DNA of 32,000 nucleotides, from NCBI GenBank assembly GCA_041649575.1, contig JBAZMW010000003.1, positions 30,001 through 62,000 of the forward strand, in the 5' to 3' direction. This DNA is from Patescibacteria group bacterium. GTDB taxonomy: Bacteria > Patescibacteriota > Patescibacteriia > 2-01-FULL-39-33. The notes beneath the pieces are model-generated. The model saw only the letters and a program-made list of their open reading frames with translations, ran no database searches and had not been told where the DNA came from. The translations under genes and the position numbers were made by a program. Positions 8,224 to 16,589 of this stretch are shown here, in pieces (the stretch's first letter is position 1; each line of letters opens with the position of its first letter).

Positions 8224-10227
8224 TTATTTTATGTTTTGAGTAATTGCTTCGGTGGTGGTGGCGACTTTTTTGATGATATTGCTAAGTGTCTGTTCGATCT
8301 TCTGCTTTTGGCCCATTAGTTGATTCAGTTTCTGCATTCTCTCCTCGCTCATTTCGCCAAGCTGATCCAATTCATTTTGCCAAGAATTAAGGGCCGCTTG
8401 AGACGACTGTAACGCTTCTTTGGCCTTATTGGAAGTCAAAAACAACCACCAAGGCTTTTGGGCCGACACCTGTTTTTTTTCCAAGTCAGCATTGATTCGC
8501 ATTTTGTATTTAATAAGAATAAAACCAAACAGCTTGGCCTCTTGCTGGTATTTGACTTCGACTCTATTATTATCGACTTTAATGCTTTTGACGTTGGGGT
8601 CAGTCTTGGCGATGCCGTACAAAGCCGACTCCAACTCGACTGGCGCCACCACCTTTACTTCTGTGCCCCGCATACCATTAAGTAAGCTGACCACCTTGCC
8701 TTCTTTGGCAATGGTAAACTTACCGTCGCTCAAATCGGTCAAAATCACTTTATCTAATTTGGAAACTTCGATGCCCAATTGATAATCAGTGCCTGGCACT
8801 AGCGACATTTTTTTGCCAGTCAAATCATAATAGTCGTCGATGGTCGTATAAACGGTTTCGCTGTCCTGCCAGAGATTAACCGTGGTATGCATCCAGTCCG
8901 GAAAAAGCGTGCCGATTTTTTCGCCACCTTTATAGACAGTAGTCACATAGGTGATTTTACCGCCATCATAGTGGTCAAAACCGGTAAAAGAAAATTCCAA
9001 GGCCGCTGACTTGCCTAGATAAAATTTTTCGCCGCCATTGGGAGTCACAATCTTGGCTGCCGGCGTGCCAGTATAGGCCGGTCCGTCAACATAAGCAAAA
9101 GCGCCGTCGCTCTGATCGCTAATTAATGACTTGCCATCCTTAAAAATTGTCACTTTAATCCGATAACCGGAACCTGAGTCAGCCAGCTTGTTGGTCTTGG
9201 CCACCTCATCCCAATAAATGCCAGAGGTCCAGCCAAAATTTGATTCACCTTGACTGGGGTTTTGTGAAAAGTCGGTGTTGTATAAATTGCCCAGCAGTTT
9301 GCCGTTGCGCCAAAGCTCGATGCGTGAAGTATAAGCGCCACCCAGAGTATCGGGATCGAGCCCGGCATAAGTGTAATAACCGGAAAGCACTTTGGCGTCT
9401 TTGATAAAAGTTTCTCCGCCATTGGGACTCATGACTTTCAGACTTAGTGGCGGCAAAGTATCTTGGCCAGCCGCAAAAGAAAACTCACTTGACTCGGCCG
9501 AAGCAATCACGCTACCACCTCTTAATAGCTTAACCTTGAGGGTAAAACCGCTGCCGGCAACGATCTCAACCTCTTTCTTTTGCGCCAAATCGGTATACCA
9601 GCCGACCTTGTAACCCAAGGAGTCATAACCACGATCAACCGAGGCGTCATAAGGATATATACCAGCGACCGGGCCGAGCTCTTTGCCGTTTTGTAAGAGA
9701 AAAACTTGAAACTGCAGTTTGCCGTCTTTGGCCGAAGAATAACCAAAATATTTAAAATAAATGGTCCTGGTTTGACCATTAAGCTCATAGGTTTCGCCGC
9801 CCTTGGGATCGGTAATTAAAATGGTTTTAATGGCTGCTGGGTCCAGTTTAGCGGCATCATCTATTTTGGTGTCGATTGATTGGGGGGCGGCCAGCTGACT
9901 CGGAGCGCTATCTTCGGAATTGATATTAGTATTGGTTAAATTCCTGGTGTTTAAATTTGAAATATTATTATTTGTCTCACTATTAGCGTTGTTGTCCTGC
10001 GTTGCATCATCAGTGACATCATCAACCCCAATATTAACGTTAAGGTTGGTTGGCACTTGCAATGAATTACTGCTGGGCTGAGTCACGTTTAAATTCGAAT
10101 TCAGATTTGAATTCAAATTAAGGTTGGTTAAGGTGCTGGGGCTTTGCACTCTGTTGAAAGAGCTGACTTGAGCCAAACAAAGCCCAGGCAGCAATAAGAG
10201 GCCCAGTAGAACGAAAATTTTTCTCAT
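8224..10227 (-). CDS. Secreted multidomain protein: signal peptide, Asn/Leu-rich low complexity, three repeated 'P(N/K)GGExF/Y' Ig-like modules, C-terminal coiled coil
   Basis: MRKIFVLLGLLLLPGLCLAQ; repeats starting ITDPKGGETY, VMSPNGGETF, IVTPNGGEKF; start placed at the internal Met. Confidence 0.8.
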   Translation of the reverse strand: MRKIFVLLGLLLLPGLCLAQVSSFNRVQSPSTLTNLNLNSNLNSNLNVTQPSSNSLQVPTNLNVNIGVDDVTDDATQDNNANSETNNNISNLNTRNLTNTNINSEDSAPSQLAAPQSIDTKIDDAAKLDPAAIKTILITDPKGGETYELNGQTRTIYFKYFGYSSAKDGKLQFQVFLLQNGKELGPVAGIYPYDASVDRGYDSLGYKVGWYTDLAQKKEVEIVAGSGFTLKVKLLRGGSVIASAESSEFSFAAGQDTLPPLSLKVMSPNGGETFIKDAKVLSGYYTYAGLDPDTLGGAYTSRIELWRNGKLLGNLYNTDFSQNPSQGESNFGWTSGIYWDEVAKTNKLADSGSGYRIKVTIFKDGKSLISDQSDGAFAYVDGPAYTGTPAAKIVTPNGGEKFYLGKSAALEFSFTGFDHYDGGKITYVTTVYKGGEKIGTLFPDWMHTTVNLWQDSETVYTTIDDYYDLTGKKMSLVPGTDYQLGIEVSKLDKVILTDLSDGKFTIAKEGKVVSLLNGMRGTEVKVVAPVELESALYGIAKTDPNVKSIKVDNNRVEVKYQQEAKLFGFILIKYKMRINADLEKKQVSAQKPWWLFLTSNKAKEALQSSQAALNSWQNELDQLGEMSEERMQKLNQLMGQKQKIEQTLSNIIKKVATTTEAITQNIK

Positions 10228-10296
10228 ATGTTTTTGTTTAATTATCACCTTAATTTTCTACCTTTTGACCAAAAAAGTCAAAATCAACCAAGGGGT

Positions 10297-12378
10297 CTAC
10301 TTTTTACCCTGTCCGTCCACCCGGGCGCGCACCCGTTTCCAAAAATTAGCACCCACATCTTCCTCTTCATCTTCATCAACATAAATCACTTCCTCCTCGT
10401 CTATATCCTCTTTGACGCGCCAATCTTCGTAAACGTTTTTGGGCAACTCCCGGACAAATTGTGAGGGCTGATTAATCACTCCCGCCTCCGAGCCAAACAT
10501 GGGATAGGTCAGATACAGCTGATCCTGGGCGCGGGTGGCGGCCACATAAAAAAGCCGTCTTTCTTCCTCAATATCTTCGCAGCTGGCAGAAATCCTCTGA
10601 TTGGGAAATTGACCATCAACTAGGCCAACGATAAAAACCGCTTTCCACTCCAAACCCTTGGCCTGATGAATAGTGCTTAGCGTCACTACTTCCTCGGGTT
10701 GCTCGCGAGTGCCAATGTTTCTATCGCCCTTAAAACCCTCGGAGAGCGCCACATCGGCCAAAAGTTTTTCCAAAGAATCATAACTGGCGGCAAATAAAAT
10801 CAGCTGTTCCAAATCGGCCAAACGCTCCTCGGCGTTTTCAAAAGAATTTTCTAAATAATCTTTATAACCAGAGTCAATGACTGCTTCGATAAGTTGGGAA
10901 ACGTTTTGCTGGCCGATTTTAATTAACTTATCCAAAACCGACTGCGCTTTTTGCCAGCCAGCATAGGGACGGCCTGACAGCTCTTCGGGCCAAGGATAAT
11001 TTTTTACATCATCCAGCGAGCCGAGTGTTGAAACTTTCTGCCAAATTTTTTGGCTGTTAGCCGCACCAATACCAGTTTGCAATTGCAAGAGCCGCTGCCA
11101 AGACAACTCGTCTTTAAAGTTGGCCAAAATTTTCAAATGGGCCGTGATATCTTTGATATGCGCCTGCTCGAAAAACCGCAGTCCCCCGCGCATAATGTAG
11201 GGAATGCCGCGCTTATTAAGCTCCATTTCCAGTTCCAAGGATTGATAATGAGCTCTAAAGAGCACAGCGATATTTTCCAGCCCCATCCCCTCTTCGCGTT
11301 CTAAATCCAAAATACGCTGGCAGACAAATTCGGCCTGCAGATAATTGTCTTCCAGCGGCACGAGAGCCGGCTTGGAGCCGGAAGATTTATGAGTGCGCAA
11401 ATTTTTCTTAAACTGTTTGTGATTATTTTTGATTGACTCGTTGGACAGGGCTAGAATCTCCGGAGTGGAGCGATAATTGGTCTCCAGCTTGAAAGTTTGG
11501 CAAGCCGGAAAAACCTTGGGAAAACTCAAAATGTTATTGACATCGGCGCCGCGAAAAGAATAAATGCTCTGACTGTCGTCGCCGACCACCAAGATATTTC
11601 CCTTTTGGCCGGCCAAACTCGTCACAATTTCTCCTTGAATGGAATTGGTGTCTTGGTACTCATCGACTAAAACATATTGGAATTGCGCAGTCAGCTTTTC
11701 CCGGACGGCTTGGCTTTCAATCAAAAGCTGTTTCCATTTGAGCAACAGATCGTCGAAATCCAAAGCGTTGGCAGCTCGTTTTTTTTGATCATACATTTTG
11801 GCAATGGCCTCGATGCTGGAGAAATAACTGTCCGACAAATGAGAAAAGCGCTGCCGTAAAACTTCCCCCAACGGCTGATCAAGATTGGCGGCCAGGCTAA
11901 TAGTTTTATGAATTAGGTCGGCTTTGGGAAAATATTTATCTTGCGGAATTTGCACGCCGCTAAAACAGGCTTTGACCAAAACCCTGGAATCCTCACTGTC
12001 TAAGATGTTGAAATTAGGATTGATGCCGATGGCCGGGCCATAAATCCTCAAAATCCGATTGCCCAGATGATGAAAAGTGCCGCCCCACAAACCATGCGCC
12101 TCACTGTGCAAAAGCGATTCGATGCGGCCAAGCATTTCCCGAGCGGCCTTGTTGGTAAAGGTGACGAGCAAAATCCGGTTTGGCTTAACACCTTTCTCGA
12201 GTAAGTAGGCCACGCGATACACTAGGGTGCGCGTCTTGCCACTGCCGGCTCCAGCCAAAACCAAACACGGCCCGTCGCCACCAACCACCACTTTCAATTG
12301 TTCCTGATTGAGCTCGCTTTGATAATCAATTTGGAATTTTTCCGCCGAGCTGAAAGTTTTAAGAGTATATTCTTTCAT
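10297..12378 (-). CDS. uvrD: UvrD/PcrA/Rep family superfamily 1A DNA helicase
   Basis: LNQEQLKVVVGGDGPCLVLAGAGSGKTRTLVYRVAYLL...VDEYQDTN...GDDSQSIYSFRGAD...LSTIHQAKGLEWKAVFIVG. Confidence 0.97.
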   Translation of the reverse strand: MKEYTLKTFSSAEKFQIDYQSELNQEQLKVVVGGDGPCLVLAGAGSGKTRTLVYRVAYLLEKGVKPNRILLVTFTNKAAREMLGRIESLLHSEAHGLWGGTFHHLGNRILRIYGPAIGINPNFNILDSEDSRVLVKACFSGVQIPQDKYFPKADLIHKTISLAANLDQPLGEVLRQRFSHLSDSYFSSIEAIAKMYDQKKRAANALDFDDLLLKWKQLLIESQAVREKLTAQFQYVLVDEYQDTNSIQGEIVTSLAGQKGNILVVGDDSQSIYSFRGADVNNILSFPKVFPACQTFKLETNYRSTPEILALSNESIKNNHKQFKKNLRTHKSSGSKPALVPLEDNYLQAEFVCQRILDLEREEGMGLENIAVLFRAHYQSLELEMELNKRGIPYIMRGGLRFFEQAHIKDITAHLKILANFKDELSWQRLLQLQTGIGAANSQKIWQKVSTLGSLDDVKNYPWPEELSGRPYAGWQKAQSVLDKLIKIGQQNVSQLIEAVIDSGYKDYLENSFENAEERLADLEQLILFAASYDSLEKLLADVALSEGFKGDRNIGTREQPEEVVTLSTIHQAKGLEWKAVFIVGLVDGQFPNQRISASCEDIEEERRLFYVAATRAQDQLYLTYPMFGSEAGVINQPSQFVRELPKNVYEDWRVKEDIDEEEVIYVDEDEEEDVGANFWKRVRARVDGQGKK

Positions 12379-12404
12379 AACTTAATAATCATAACTAAAA
12401 AATA

Positions 12405-12446
12405 AAATAAAAACAAAAGTCCCCGCCGCATTGCTTTGGCGAAGAC
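12405..12446 (-). terminator. Putative rho-independent terminator
   Basis: Minus strand GTCTTCGCC-loop-GGCGGGGAC (with G-U pairs) followed by TTTTGTTTTT. Confidence 0.6.
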
Positions 12447-12475
12447 GAGATGGAAGACAAGGAACCGGCGTCAGA

Positions 12476-12823
12476 CTAGCTGACGATTGCCTCTTCATCG
12501 TCCTGACGGAACCACTGCCAGGTCAGATAGAGGGCATAGAGCGGCAGCCAAAACGGCAGCTTGGCTACCAGGACGAGCCAGGCCGACAGTAGTATTGTAT
12601 GCAGCAATATAGTGCCACACCAGGTCTGATTAATCCAATTACTACGTCGTAGAATGGCTTCGACGCGGTTGGGCCACGACTTCTCGTAGCACAAGGCGCG
12701 GAAGAAACCGACCGCCAGGCTGCGGATGTAGATCACGGGCACGAACAGCGCGACGAACACGGCCCAGACCACCAGGATAAACGCAAAGATCAAGTAAACC
12801 TCCGGTGTGCTTAGCATTCTCAT
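12476..12823 (-). CDS. Small membrane protein (115 aa)
   Basis: SD AGGAGGG upstream of ATG; hydrophobic segments; shares layout with the adjacent 12845-13174 gene. Confidence 0.65.
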   Translation of the reverse strand: MRMLSTPEVYLIFAFILVVWAVFVALFVPVIYIRSLAVGFFRALCYEKSWPNRVEAILRRSNWINQTWCGTILLHTILLSAWLVLVAKLPFWLPLYALYLTWQWFRQDDEEAIVS

Positions 12824-12844
12824 GTGCGATCCCTCCTAGTCTCT

Positions 12845-13174
12845 TCAGTCGGCGTAACGGTCATCGTAATCCCAGAAGAAGAAGCTCAACTCCGAACAGA
12901 CGGTGGCGAAGGTCGCCCATACAGGCAGAGAGAACCACAATGCCGCGGCGAATAGGGTGGCCAAGGAATCGGCTACCAGACCGCCCAGGCGCGTACCCTC
13001 AACACACTGTCGCCGGTAGAGCCACCGCCGGAACCTCATTGGCAGTTGATCCGGGCCGAAGAGAACGTCGGCCACCCACACACAAAACACGGGGACAAAG
13101 AAAATCGCCAGAAATGCCACGCCGACGACCACGACCGACACAAAATTCCAAACAGCACAGATAGCCTTCTTCAT
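12845..13174 (-). CDS. Small membrane protein (109 aa)
   Basis: Start at internal Met (MKKAICAVWNF) with GGGAGGGCAGGCC upstream; promoter-like TTGAAT-N17-TAAGAT further upstream on the minus strand. Confidence 0.65.
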   Translation of the reverse strand: MKKAICAVWNFVSVVVVGVAFLAIFFVPVFCVWVADVLFGPDQLPMRFRRWLYRRQCVEGTRLGGLVADSLATLFAAALWFSLPVWATFATVCSELSFFFWDYDDRYAD

Positions 13175-13249
13175 GGCCTGCCCTCCCGCTAGTTGAATGA
13201 ACACGAATCCATCTTAGCAAAATAGTGGAAAAAATTCAACTGCCGCTAA

Positions 13250-13278
13250 TTGACAAAAGGATAAAATTTTTATAAGAT
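13250..13278 (+). promoter_or_regulatory. Putative promoter TTGACA-N17-TAAGAT
   Basis: TTGACA 13250-13255, TAAGAT 13273-13278; upstream of the 13341 gene. Confidence 0.5.
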
Positions 13279-13340
13279 GATTTAAGGCCAAAAACGGCTT
13301 TGACTATGTACATTCAACTGGGATATGGAGGCGAGAAGCC

Positions 13341-14144
13341 ATGAAGACCACTTTGGCAACTAGCGAAATCCGCCATGCGAGACACGAACTAGAGGAAAAA
13401 CTGCGCCAGGGCGGGCAAGTCACCATGGCGAGAGGCAGGCGACAATGGGTGGGACAACTCGCTCTGGATCAGCCGACATGCGCGCTAGTCGTGCGGGCGG
13501 GCGGGCCGACTTTCAGTAGCAAGGGGGTGGAGGGCGGCTCCTTCCGGTGCAACCAGACGGGGCACATCGTCAAAGGAACGCAGACCAATACTTTCCGGGC
13601 GCGGATCTGTGGCGGGGCCATTTGCAAGCCACCGCCGAACACTGAAACATCAACAAACACTTCGGCGCACTCCTCGACGACCTCGAACCGCTCCTCGTCC
13701 TCGAGCAGCATACCAACCGTCGAGTGGACAGAGGGCAACGCGGTGTACTGCCCAAGCTGTGGTCGGTCGAAATATGTCTCTGGTGGGGGCACGGTTCAGT
13801 GCTTGGGTGCCGGCTGCTATAAGAAATTCAATGTGGTCGATCGCCGACCGCCGCCAACCGTGGAGGCCGACCGGAGCGGGAATGCGGAGTGCCCGAAGTG
13901 CTACAAGGCCAACAACATCGGCGGTTCCAGAGAGCGGATCATCACCTGTTGGTATTGCGGGAAGGAGTTTATTGCCATTCCTCCCAAGATCCAGCCGAGC
14001 GAACAACTACAGACCGTGCACCGCAACCTTTCTTATAACGACGCGCTTTGCCCTCACTGCAACAGAATAACGGTGGCCGTGGAGGATGGGCTGGTGGATT
14101 GCACGCACTGCGGCAAGAGCTTCAACGCCGACTCGAACGCCTGA
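13341..14144 (+). CDS. Protein with three C-terminal zinc ribbons (267 aa), function unknown
   Basis: CPSC...C...C; CPKC...CWYC; CPHC...CTHC; SD GGAGGCG upstream of ATG. Confidence 0.7.
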   Translation: MKTTLATSEIRHARHELEEKLRQGGQVTMARGRRQWVGQLALDQPTCALVVRAGGPTFSSKGVEGGSFRCNQTGHIVKGTQTNTFRARICGGAICKPPPNTETSTNTSAHSSTTSNRSSSSSSIPTVEWTEGNAVYCPSCGRSKYVSGGGTVQCLGAGCYKKFNVVDRRPPPTVEADRSGNAECPKCYKANNIGGSRERIITCWYCGKEFIAIPPKIQPSEQLQTVHRNLSYNDALCPHCNRITVAVEDGLVDCTHCGKSFNADSNA

Positions 14145-14175
14145 AACACAAGGAGAAACACGCACAATCAACAGG

Positions 14176-14210
14176 AGACCAGCAGTACCGGTCTCCCGTT
14201 TTCTTTTTAA
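14176..14210 (+). terminator. Rho-independent terminator
   Basis: ggagacc-agcagtacc-ggtctcc followed by cgttttcttttt. Confidence 0.75.
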
Positions 14211-14231
14211 AAAATATTTAAGAGAGAATGG

Positions 14232-14927
14232 TTAGGGATTAGATGGCAGAACTATTATGGGAATTCTAATTTCTGCGGCGTTTTCCGGCAGTCCCGAAGG
14301 ATTATCTTTTTCCAAAACTAAAAATCCGTCAATCCTTTGGCTAACCGTGCCGGTGAGCTCGGCACGAAAAGGCACAAAGCCCTCGGTCATCCAGTCGGAC
14401 AAAGCTTGAGCCGAGGCCTGACTGATAATCTTACCCTGGGCATCAACAATCTTAACCGGGAGAGAAGCCTCAAAGAACCAATTGCCCCTGGCTTCGCCGG
14501 AGATAATAAAAGGCAAAGAAACTTCTTGGTTCCCATTTGGTCCATAAACCACAATTTCATTACCCTTTTGACACTCGCCGCGATAATAAGCCCATTCTTC
14601 GCATTTGGAGCCGTCAGTAAAGACGCAAATGCCAACTTGACCCATGGTTTCCGTGTCTTTTATTTCCAGCTGGCCGCCCTGCTCTTGGCAACGAACCGAA
14701 GCGGGATTGGCCAAACCGGCGTTATTGTTTATAGAACCACTGTCGTTGGTCAAGCAAGGCTTGGTCGGCATGGGCGCGCTGGGACTGCCATGTCTGACCC
14801 ATTGCCCATCGTCGCAAATCCAGGTATCTTCCTCGCCTCTTAATAACATCAAAGAAAAAATCGCTCCGGCCACCACGACCACTATGACAAAAATGATAAA
14901 AACAATTTTTTTTAAATTATTCAACAT
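14232..14927 (-). CDS. Secreted/lipid-anchored protein with DUF333 (hemolysin-like) and Gmad2 Ig-like domain
   Basis: NPASVRCQEQGGQLEIKD...GVCVF-like GICVFTDGSKCEEWAYYRGEC (DUF333) and LPFIISGEARGNWFFEASLPVKIVDAQGKII...DWMTEGFVPFRAEL (Gmad2). Confidence 0.85.
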   Translation of the reverse strand: MLNNLKKIVFIIFVIVVVVAGAIFSLMLLRGEEDTWICDDGQWVRHGSPSAPMPTKPCLTNDSGSINNNAGLANPASVRCQEQGGQLEIKDTETMGQVGICVFTDGSKCEEWAYYRGECQKGNEIVVYGPNGNQEVSLPFIISGEARGNWFFEASLPVKIVDAQGKIISQASAQALSDWMTEGFVPFRAELTGTVSQRIDGFLVLEKDNPSGLPENAAEIRIPIIVLPSNP

Positions 14928-15819
14928 TTATTTCTATGTTATTTTCGTTATTGCCGGCGCTGGTTTCGGCTGCCGCTTCCTTAGCCGTACCTAATTTTTC
15001 TAAGGCCTTTAGAGCTTCGGCCGGCCGGCCCAAAAAGTAGCGCTTGCCGTCTTTGGGGCCAACATACCAGGCCTGCCCCTGGCCCTCGATTTGCAACAGG
15101 ATCAGGCCCTTACGAGCATTAGAAAACTTTTGATCCAGCGGCAGCTTGCCGTTTCCCAGCGGATTATAGCCGCCTAAAATTTCGTCTTTGTCGGGAAAAC
15201 CGTCATCATCTGAATCGGCCTTGGCTTTATCGGTGCCCAAAGCTTCTTCCAAGGCATCGGACAGGCCGTCTTGGTCGCTGTCCAGGCCGCTGAAATTATA
15301 ATCAGCCAAAGCTATTTTTGACAAATCATTATTGGAAACAGGCAAAGACAAATCGGTAAGCATTTTAAAAACATTGGCATTGTCAGCGCCCAGCTGAACC
15401 CTGAATTCTTCGTATTGGCTCAGCTGGCCGGTCTTTTCCTCCAGGGTTTTTTTGAATTCCTCGGTCTTTTGATCCAACAGTTTTTGACTTTCGGAAGCCG
15501 TCTGTTGCAGCTGCGTCAGTTGAGTCTGCTTTTGCGTCAACTGGCCTTCTTTGTCGGCCAGATCTTTGGCTTTCTTGCTGTTTTCCTGTTCAACCGCAGT
15601 AATTTTTTCCAGCAGCTTGGTGTTGTCCAGATAAATTTTCACCGCGTATGCCGCCATGCCGGCGAAAACGACGATGATAATGGCATAAAAAACCCAGCGC
15701 TGATAGCGCCTGATTTTGATTTCCTGGCCAACCTGCTCGTGCGGCACAATGGCAATGCCGCAATTGGGGCAAGATTCGGAAAAATTGGGAATTTGCCGAT
15801 GACAATTAGGACAAATCAT
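14917..15819 (-). CDS. Membrane-anchored zinc-ribbon / coiled-coil protein with thrombospondin type-3-like calcium-binding repeats
   Basis: MICPNCHRQIPNFSESCPNCG, single TM, long coiled coil, DSDQDGLSDALEEALGTDKAKADSDDDGFPDKDEILGGYNP. Confidence 0.8.
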   Translation of the reverse strand: MICPNCHRQIPNFSESCPNCGIAIVPHEQVGQEIKIRRYQRWVFYAIIIVVFAGMAAYAVKIYLDNTKLLEKITAVEQENSKKAKDLADKEGQLTQKQTQLTQLQQTASESQKLLDQKTEEFKKTLEEKTGQLSQYEEFRVQLGADNANVFKMLTDLSLPVSNNDLSKIALADYNFSGLDSDQDGLSDALEEALGTDKAKADSDDDGFPDKDEILGGYNPLGNGKLPLDQKFSNARKGLILLQIEGQGQAWYVGPKDGKRYFLGRPAEALKALEKLGTAKEAAAETSAGNNENNIEINVE

Positions 15820-15930
15820 ATTTTTAGTTTATTTGTTTCTATGTTGATAATTATAGCAAATTTAATTAAACAAGAACAATCAACTGTGATATAATTAAAA
15901 ATGATAGAAAAAATATTAACTTAAAAAAAT

Positions 15931-16587
15931 ATGACCGACAAAAAACCGCTGTTGCGGCAGGTGATGAAAAGGGGCGACTGGGTTCGCCTGGTTATTTTGC
16001 TTATTTTTTGGATAGCTTGCTATTCTTGGGTGTGGTGGGAGTATCAGAAGCCGATTGATATTAACATAATGATCAACGAGGCCGCCAGCGAACAAGTGGA
16101 AATCGTCCAAACCAAAGACGGCCAGCTGGTAAAAAATCTGGCGGCCGGGTACGAGGTGACTGTGCCAAAAGGCTGGTTTGTAAAAAATGTTAGCTCTGTT
16201 ATAGAAATTTACAATCGCTTTAATAACGAGGCCAGCGACTCGGAGGCTTATTATGGTTGTCAAAATGACATTAATAGTGTCAATCTTAATGGACACAGTT
16301 TAAATGACTGGTTAAAGTCAATAGATCAAGATCGAACCGGAACGGAAGAATCCGAGCCATCAAAAACGAAAATAGTTAGGGAGGAGGATATAAAGATAGA
16401 CGGTAAAAAAGGTATAAAAAGAATATATAACCCGCCAATGGGTCCAGAGTATACCCAGACTTACATTATAAATAATGAGGATGTATTAGTAATTACGCAG
16501 CTGATTGGTGTGGTAAATCAAAATGAAAAAGAAATTTGCGAAAGGGATCTTAATAAAATTATAAACAATATTTCTTTTTATAAATAA
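15931..16587 (+). CDS. Hypothetical membrane-anchored protein (218 aa)
   Basis: N-terminal TM (LVILLIFWIACYSWVWW), extracellular domain; adjacent to the M23 gene. Confidence 0.7.
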   Translation: MTDKKPLLRQVMKRGDWVRLVILLIFWIACYSWVWWEYQKPIDINIMINEAASEQVEIVQTKDGQLVKNLAAGYEVTVPKGWFVKNVSSVIEIYNRFNNEASDSEAYYGCQNDINSVNLNGHSLNDWLKSIDQDRTGTEESEPSKTKIVREEDIKIDGKKGIKRIYNPPMGPEYTQTYIINNEDVLVITQLIGVVNQNEKEICERDLNKIINNISFYK

Positions 16588-16589
16588 AC

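Noticed and set aside
12805-13164. Plus-strand 119-aa ORF antisense to the small membrane genes
   Set aside because: Pro/Arg-rich low-complexity shadow frame; minus-strand frames have SDs.
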